The notes under the pieces are model-generated. The model ran no database searches, was not told the origin of the DNA, and worked only from the letters and a program-made list of their open reading frames with translations. DNA of 64,000 nucleotides from an uncultured Gulosibacter sp. (lineage in GTDB: Bacteria; Actinomycetota; Actinomycetes; Actinomycetales; Microbacteriaceae): positions 16,494 through 80,493 of the forward strand of contig CAZRHP010000002.1 in NCBI GenBank assembly GCA_964599975.1. The letters run 5' to 3'. A program made the position numbers and the translations under genes. This document shows, in pieces, positions 59,012 to 64,000 of this stretch. Numbering within the stretch: position 1 is the first letter of the stretch; each line of letters starts with the position of its first letter.

Positions 59012-59938
59012 ATGAAAACGCTCCCACTGCATGCAGCACTTGGTCTTCGTTCAGAATCCGACGCATTCAAATATCTAATAAGCACTTTGAGCGACTCGGT
59101 CAGACAGTGGGATTATTTCGTTGACTGGAAAAAGGTATTTTCCCGTGTACGTATTTCTGCTGAGCATCTTTCGCAACTGAATTCGCTCGTAGGTTCACAA
59201 AATTTTGATGTTGATTTTGTACAGCTGCTTACCTCAAATCCGCAATTAGCAGGAGTAATTCCATCGCTCCTCGGTAACGACGGCAAAAAGAGCAAGAAAT
59301 TCAGCATCGCCACCGATCCTGCGCGACCGATTGAGAGCAGGAAAGAGTTCGATTTCTCGAAAGCTGCCACTACACCGCAATTAAGGAATTCGGCTCTTGA
59401 ATTTGTGAAAATGACAGGACTCATCAACATTTTCACCGACAATCCTGGCCTGAAACTTGAGTACTACCTGCTAGGTGTTGAGACCGGACTAGACAGCAAT
59501 GGTCGCAAGAATCGCGGCGGGACGGCGATGGAAGTTGCAACAGAAGCCCTGATTAGGAAATGTTGCGAATCCAGAAATTGGGAGTACATTACCCAGGCAA
59601 GCAAAGGAAAAATATTCGAGACATGGGGCGTGATACCCGTACTGGGTGAGGACGACAAACGGTACGACTATGCGATTTACCACGACGGATCTTTAGCACT
59701 CGTCGAAACCAATTTCTACGGTTCTGGGGGCTCCAAGCTGAAAGCAACGGCGGAAGAGTATTCAAAGAGACAACTTGATCTCCAAGGCTCGGACGTGAAG
59801 TTCGTATGGATCACGGACGGCCAAGGATGGGCCGGGACACAAGTTCCACTTCGCAAGGCCTTCGGCATCATTGATTTCATTTTCAATTTGGAACTCTTGG
59901 CAAATGGTGCGCTTGAAGAAGCACTAGAAATCCGCTAG
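59012..59938 (+). CDS. dpnB: type II restriction endonuclease, DpnII/MboI family
   Basis: GVETGLDSNGRKNRGGTAME, VETNFYGSGGSKL and FVWITDGQGW match the remembered R.DpnII pattern. Lies 9 nt after the dpnM-like stop. Confidence 0.85.
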   Translation: MKTLPLHAALGLRSESDAFKYLISTLSDSVRQWDYFVDWKKVFSRVRISAEHLSQLNSLVGSQNFDVDFVQLLTSNPQLAGVIPSLLGNDGKKSKKFSIATDPARPIESRKEFDFSKAATTPQLRNSALEFVKMTGLINIFTDNPGLKLEYYLLGVETGLDSNGRKNRGGTAMEVATEALIRKCCESRNWEYITQASKGKIFETWGVIPVLGEDDKRYDYAIYHDGSLALVETNFYGSGGSKLKATAEEYSKRQLDLQGSDVKFVWITDGQGWAGTQVPLRKAFGIIDFIFNLELLANGALEEALEIR

Positions 59939-60018
59939 TTAAACTACCTGGCTCCGAAGAGCTGCAATTGAATCGAAAATTTTTGGGTTTTGTGGCCGGA
60001 ACCACAGGAGAGGAACAC

Positions 60019-61104
60019 ATGAGCCGCAAGAAACAACGCCTCGGCACCTGGGGCACCGCGCTGCTCGCGATCCTGCTGTTCGGCGGAATCTCCTCGGCGG
60101 TAACGCAGGTAATCACGGGCGAAGGCCAATCCCCCACGGTGACTCCCAGCGCGTCGGCGAGCGCCTCGGAATCTCCGACGCCGAGCCCGACCACCACCGA
60201 CACCCCGTCCCCCGAACCCACGGAAACCCCCACACCGGAACCGACCGAGCCGGGCGGTCAGGTGGTATCCGACAAATCCACCGCACTGGGTTTGCTGGCC
60301 ACACTGAAGGTCGCGTCGTGGGCTGACGACAGTGCATACGACCGGGATCGGTTCGGCGATGCTTGGGAAGACGTCGACGACAACGGCTGCGATACCCGCA
60401 ACGACATTCTGCGCCGAGACTTTGAAACCATCAGCTCCGAGGACGGCTGCCTGGTGTTGCGCGGCACAATCGACGACCCATACACGGGTGTGACCATCAA
60501 CTTTGTGCGCGGATCGGGCACATCCACAAAAGTACAAATTGACCACATGGTCGCACTGTCCAACGCGTGGCGCACCGGAGCCCAGAAACTGTCGTGGCAG
60601 CTGCGTGTCGCATTCGCGAACGACCCGCTGAACCTGATGGCCGTCGACGGGCCCACCAATTCCGCAAAAAGTGATTCCGATGCTGCGGAATGGTTGCCGC
60701 CACAGACCGCCTACCGGTGCCGTTATGTCGCCCGACAGATTTCCGTCAAAGCCGAATACCACCTGTGGGTGACCCCGTCAGAAAAGGCCGCGATGATCGA
60801 CGTGCTCGATAACTGCCCCACCCAAAAGGCGTACCGCACCGACTACCCCGAGCGTGCCGTCGCCGGTGACCTCGACATCCCCGCAGCAGCCTCATCGTCG
60901 GGCGGCAGCGGATCAGGTTCATCGGGTGGCTCGTCCGGTGGTTCATCAGGCAGTTCAGGCAGCGGCTACGTGTACCCCGCTGGCGCGACCCCGTGGGCTA
61001 ACTGCACCGAGGCTCGGGCCGCTGGTGCAGCACCGGTGCTGCGCGGCACGCCGGGGTATGCCCCAAGGCTCGACCGTGACGGGGACGGCGTGGGCTGCGA
61101 ATAG
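60019..61104 (+). CDS. secreted/membrane-anchored DUF1524 (HNH-like) nuclease with C-terminal Excalibur domain
   Basis: GGAGAGG RBS and ATG 60019. N-terminal TM/signal, then a Pro/Thr linker (60130-60255). The core reads GCDTRNDILRRD..QIDHMVALSNAW..NLMAVDGPTNSAKSD. A Gly/Ser linker (60892-60966) and an Excalibur motif DRDGDGVGCE follow. Confidence 0.8.
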   Translation: MSRKKQRLGTWGTALLAILLFGGISSAVTQVITGEGQSPTVTPSASASASESPTPSPTTTDTPSPEPTETPTPEPTEPGGQVVSDKSTALGLLATLKVASWADDSAYDRDRFGDAWEDVDDNGCDTRNDILRRDFETISSEDGCLVLRGTIDDPYTGVTINFVRGSGTSTKVQIDHMVALSNAWRTGAQKLSWQLRVAFANDPLNLMAVDGPTNSAKSDSDAAEWLPPQTAYRCRYVARQISVKAEYHLWVTPSEKAAMIDVLDNCPTQKAYRTDYPERAVAGDLDIPAAASSSGGSGSGSSGGSSGGSSGSSGSGYVYPAGATPWANCTEARAAGAAPVLRGTPGYAPRLDRDGDGVGCE

Positions 61105-61202
61105 CGTCATATTTAAATACTGATTGTGCATTTTTCCATAATTTATTAATAAAAATAAGGAATTTGTTTAAATAATGCGCATCTGGGGTTAAAATATTCT
61201 TC
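61105..61202 (+). promoter_or_regulatory. extreme AT-rich tract upstream of fic (possible promoter or curved-DNA region)
   Basis: Hand count gives 10 G+C in the 60 nt at 61111-61170. TTGTTT is at 61164-61169, and TAAAAT at 61190-61195 ends 7 nt before the GTG start. Confidence 0.35.
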
Positions 61203-62339
61203 GTGACAGACAACGCCACCACCCCACTGTTTTCACCGCCCGAACCCAGCCCCCACTATGTGGACACGCTGTTTGAGATTGAGCGGTTACGCGGCACAAC
61301 ATCGCGCCCCAGCGGGATCAGCGCCAACACTGACGCCCTGCACGCACTGTATTCCCGACTGGCGGGTCTGGCCTCGGCCCGCATCGAGGGCAACCGCACC
61401 ACCGTGATCGATGTCGTCACACCGTCACGCTCTGTGGACAGGAATACAGAAAATCTGCGCGAGCTCGACAACCTCGAATTGGCCACCGAATGGGTCATTC
61501 AGCTGCCCACTGACCACGAAATGGATCACCGCACAATTCGACACATGCACGCCCTGGTCGTCAAAGGCCTGTCCAGGGAAGGCGACGCCCACCCGGGAAG
61601 CTATCGCACACACCCTGTACGCATCGACGGAGCCAGACATGTTCCCCCACCACCCGCGATTGTTCATGCCGAAATGGATGCGGTAATTGATGCCGCAAAC
61701 CGGGTGGTGGCGCCTCGACTCCAGATCGCACACATGGCAGCAACACATCACCTATTCGCCTGGGTGCATCCGTTCGGTAACGGCAACGGCAGGGTCGGCC
61801 GCCTGCTGACGCTGTGGCAGTTACGCCGGAACGGCTTTACCGATGTTCACGGATTACCGCTCAGCCCTACCGCCGTTTTCGGCCGTCGGCGCACCGAATA
61901 TTATGATGCGCTTGCCCGTGCCGACGAGGGAATGCCCCACGGTCGCACGGCGTGGACAGAATTCTTTGCGGACGGCATGCTCGCCGACATGCGCCGCCTT
62001 TCACTGCTTCACGACCACGACATCGTCACAGAACGCATCCTGCACCCAGCATTGAACCACTCCCAATTCGCGGGCGTAATCACGCCGCAGCAGCGACTAA
62101 TCATGGAATTCATCTGGGAGCGTGGCGTCGTAAAAGCTGCCGACCTGGAACCGCTATTGACGGGTTCAGCAGCCCGTCGCAGCCAAAAAATCCGCGACCT
62201 GCGCGAACACGGCATCATCGAAAGCCTGCATGATGGCCCCCGTCACTACCGAGTGGCGCTGCAGGATTCGCCGATCACACCCCACCTGATCCGCGCCCTG
62301 AACGAATCGGGTCTAATTCCCCCGTTGTTGCAGGACTGA
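61203..62339 (+). CDS. Fic-family protein (class II, internal inhibitory helix) with C-terminal winged-helix-like region
   Basis: Fic motif HPFGNGNGRVGR (61767-61802). Inhibitory motif SARIEG (61374-61391). Confidence 0.9.
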   Translation: MTDNATTPLFSPPEPSPHYVDTLFEIERLRGTTSRPSGISANTDALHALYSRLAGLASARIEGNRTTVIDVVTPSRSVDRNTENLRELDNLELATEWVIQLPTDHEMDHRTIRHMHALVVKGLSREGDAHPGSYRTHPVRIDGARHVPPPPAIVHAEMDAVIDAANRVVAPRLQIAHMAATHHLFAWVHPFGNGNGRVGRLLTLWQLRRNGFTDVHGLPLSPTAVFGRRRTEYYDALARADEGMPHGRTAWTEFFADGMLADMRRLSLLHDHDIVTERILHPALNHSQFAGVITPQQRLIMEFIWERGVVKAADLEPLLTGSAARRSQKIRDLREHGIIESLHDGPRHYRVALQDSPITPHLIRALNESGLIPPLLQD

Positions 62340-62370
62340 TAAACCGGGCAACACCCCGAGTCAGATCAGA

Positions 62371-62847
62371 TTAGGCACCACTCGGCGCCAGGGTGCCGTC
62401 CGCCAAATACCGGTATTCGCCCGACACGTATTCGCCACCGAGCGCCTCGGGCAGCCATTCGGCAGCATCGGGCCACATGCGATCAAACGGCAGATCGTCG
62501 ACATCAAACCATTCGGGGTCCAATTCCTCACTGGCGGCGGGTTCCCCCGACCAGTCATAGGCCACAAACGCATACGACTGCTGAGACCATTCGGGCCGAT
62601 CCACAAACGGGTAATACATGTGGGCGACCGGGAACAACATGTCGGGGTCCACATCGACGCCCAATTCCTCGCGCACCTCGCGAATCGCCGCCTCGCGCAC
62701 GGTCTCGCCGGGTTCAACTTTGCCGCCGGCGCCGACGTACTTCCCCACACCGAGGCCGGTCAGTTTTCGTCCCACGAGGACCTCGGCCGTGGTCTTCAGG
62801 AACTTACGCTTCTCGCGCATCAGATACACCACGACGACGTCATACAT
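62371..62847 (-). CDS. NUDIX hydrolase (MutT-like)
   Basis: Nudix box GGKVEPGETVREAAIREVREELGV. Start is ATG 62847 (MYDVVVVYL). Confidence 0.85.
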   Translation of the reverse strand: MYDVVVVYLMREKRKFLKTTAEVLVGRKLTGLGVGKYVGAGGKVEPGETVREAAIREVREELGVDVDPDMLFPVAHMYYPFVDRPEWSQQSYAFVAYDWSGEPAASEELDPEWFDVDDLPFDRMWPDAAEWLPEALGGEYVSGEYRYLADGTLAPSGA

Positions 62848-62896
62848 GTATCCACCGTACCGCCGCGCTATCCTGACATCAGCGCAAAGGAGCACC

Positions 62897-63625
62897 ATGT
62901 CAGCCCTCTTCGAACCCACCCTTGCCAATCCCGCTAACGCCCATCGGCACATTCGCACAGCCCGCGGTATTCGCCGCACCTTTGGCGTGCTGAATATCGT
63001 CGCGGCACTGTGGATTCTGGTGTCCATCACCACCCAGATTGTCGACAAAACGGTGAACGGCGTGTTCCGGCCCGAAGAATATTATTCGTACTTCACCATC
63101 CAGTCGAGCCACATGAATGTGGTCGTGCTTTTGATCGGCGGAATCATTGCGTTGACCCGCGGGGTCGACCCCCGCTGGTACACGATTGTTCGCGCCAGTA
63201 TCGTCACCTATGCGGTCGTCACCGGTGTCGTGTACAACGTGTTGTTGCGCGATGTGCCGTCGAGCGACGGCTTTGTGTCACAGTTCACCTTCCCCAACGA
63301 GGTCATGCACGTGTACATTCCCGCATTCATTGCGCTGGAATGGTTGCTGATGCCCGGCCGCGCTCGCCTGTCGTGGAATGTGCTGGCCGTCACCTGCGCG
63401 TACCCGCTGGCATGGGCGGCAGCCACCATGGTCCGAGGCTCGCTGGACGGCTGGTACCCGTATCCGTTCCTCGAGCCCTTCGGTCCTGCGGGTTGGGGCG
63501 GCGTTGCCGCATACATTGCGGGAATTGCCGGCTTCATCATCGCGCTGGGAGCAATCGCCGTCGCAATCGAACGCGTACATTCCGCACTCTATGTGCGACT
63601 TGGACTGGATCGCGCCGCACTGTAA
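62897..63625 (+). CDS. polytopic membrane protein (Pr6Pr-like)
   Basis: AAAGGAG RBS and ATG 62897. About 6 TM helices. The YFTIQSS motif is recalled from the Pr6Pr family. Confidence 0.55.
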   Translation: MSALFEPTLANPANAHRHIRTARGIRRTFGVLNIVAALWILVSITTQIVDKTVNGVFRPEEYYSYFTIQSSHMNVVVLLIGGIIALTRGVDPRWYTIVRASIVTYAVVTGVVYNVLLRDVPSSDGFVSQFTFPNEVMHVYIPAFIALEWLLMPGRARLSWNVLAVTCAYPLAWAAATMVRGSLDGWYPYPFLEPFGPAGWGGVAAYIAGIAGFIIALGAIAVAIERVHSALYVRLGLDRAAL

Positions 63626-63730
63626 TCCGCGTCCCGACCGGTTTCGATTGTCGCCAGAATCTCCTGCAGGGTTTCATGTCGGAGGTCCGCGTTATCGTCA
63701 GGCAATCCACTCCTTGGCCGGAAGGAAGCC

Positions 63731-63940
63731 ATGAACAACCTCTTTAACAACCCCGGGGACCTCATCTGTCCCCGCTGCGGCGACACATCGCCCCTGGACA
63801 TCGTCTATGGGTCACCCAGCGGCGAAATGCTCGACGCCGAAGCGGAAGGCAGCATCCTGCTCGGCGGGTTCACCCTCGCCGACGACCAGCCCACGCATCA
63901 GTGCCGCACGTGCTCAAAGGCGTGGCAGGTCGACGACTAA
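63731..63940 (+). CDS. small zinc-ribbon-like protein
   Basis: 69 aa with CPRCG...CRTCS pairs. No other recognisable features. Confidence 0.5.
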   Translation: MNNLFNNPGDLICPRCGDTSPLDIVYGSPSGEMLDAEAEGSILLGGFTLADDQPTHQCRTCSKAWQVDD

Positions 63941-64000
63941 AACCCGCGCGTCCGCACTGCGTCGGACAGCAACGCGATCAACGCGGCGACCTGGACCGAT

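Noticed and set aside
57162-60018. Searched the flanks of the low-GC RM island for direct repeats, att-like sites, an integrase or transposase, or a tRNA target.
   Set aside because: I could see none by eye. I therefore do not call it a mobile element, only a compositionally foreign cassette.
1-64000. Scanned for CRISPR arrays, rRNA genes, further tRNAs and large tandem repeats.
   Set aside because: No regularly spaced repeats and no rRNA-like sequence were seen. Only two T-arm/acceptor-consistent tRNA structures were found. The only repetitive coding tracts are the Pro/Thr and Gly/Ser linkers in the nuclease gene.
63937-64000. Possible 3' end of a minus-strand gene, reading ...SVQVAALIALLSDAVRTRGF-stop and overlapping the stop of the zinc-ribbon ORF.
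   Set aside because: Only ~20 codons lie inside the window, which is too short to support a call.

Overview
This is a 64-kb chromosomal segment of a high-GC Gram-positive bacterium (Actinomycetota). The gene order is the classic actinobacterial backbone: glyS-dus-dgt-dnaG, trpD/ctaE-qcrCAB, lnt-ppm1, pafBC-tatAC-helY, glgA/glgC and rpsO-pnp-M16 peptidase. I call about 60 protein genes, 2 tRNAs (Asn-GTT, Leu-GAG), several intrinsic terminators and a few repeats or operator-like sites. I saw no rRNA, CRISPR array, transposase or integrase. Most of the window is housekeeping. Four stretches look accessory or odd. (i) 41.4-43.4 kb holds an intact ORF that is an in-frame chimera of a truncated CoA-disulfide-reductase-type flavoprotein and the back half of an ABC-F ATPase, with a CsoR/CstR-type palindrome in its promoter region. 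(ii) 52.2-55.0 kb holds a roughly 640-aa orphan multidomain protein (S1/OB-like segments, coiled coil, RelE/ParE-like C-terminus). It is divergent from a mycoredoxin-like gene that is translationally coupled to an unknown 160-aa gene, and a 12-nt direct repeat sits in the shared control region. (iii) 57.2-60.0 kb is a sharply low-GC island that is exactly a complete DpnII-type (GATC) restriction-modification cassette with a rearranged gene order and no mobility genes. (iv) 60.0-62.3 kb holds a secreted DUF1524/HNH-like plus Excalibur nuclease and a class II Fic protein preceded by a tract of about 17% GC. The pupylation/proteasome block expected between trmI and pafB is absent. My best candidate for undescribed biology is the orphan protein and its divergent redoxin operon, followed by the chimera. 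All assignments come from reading motifs by eye, since no database search was possible. Start codons are my best choice within the supplied ORFs.
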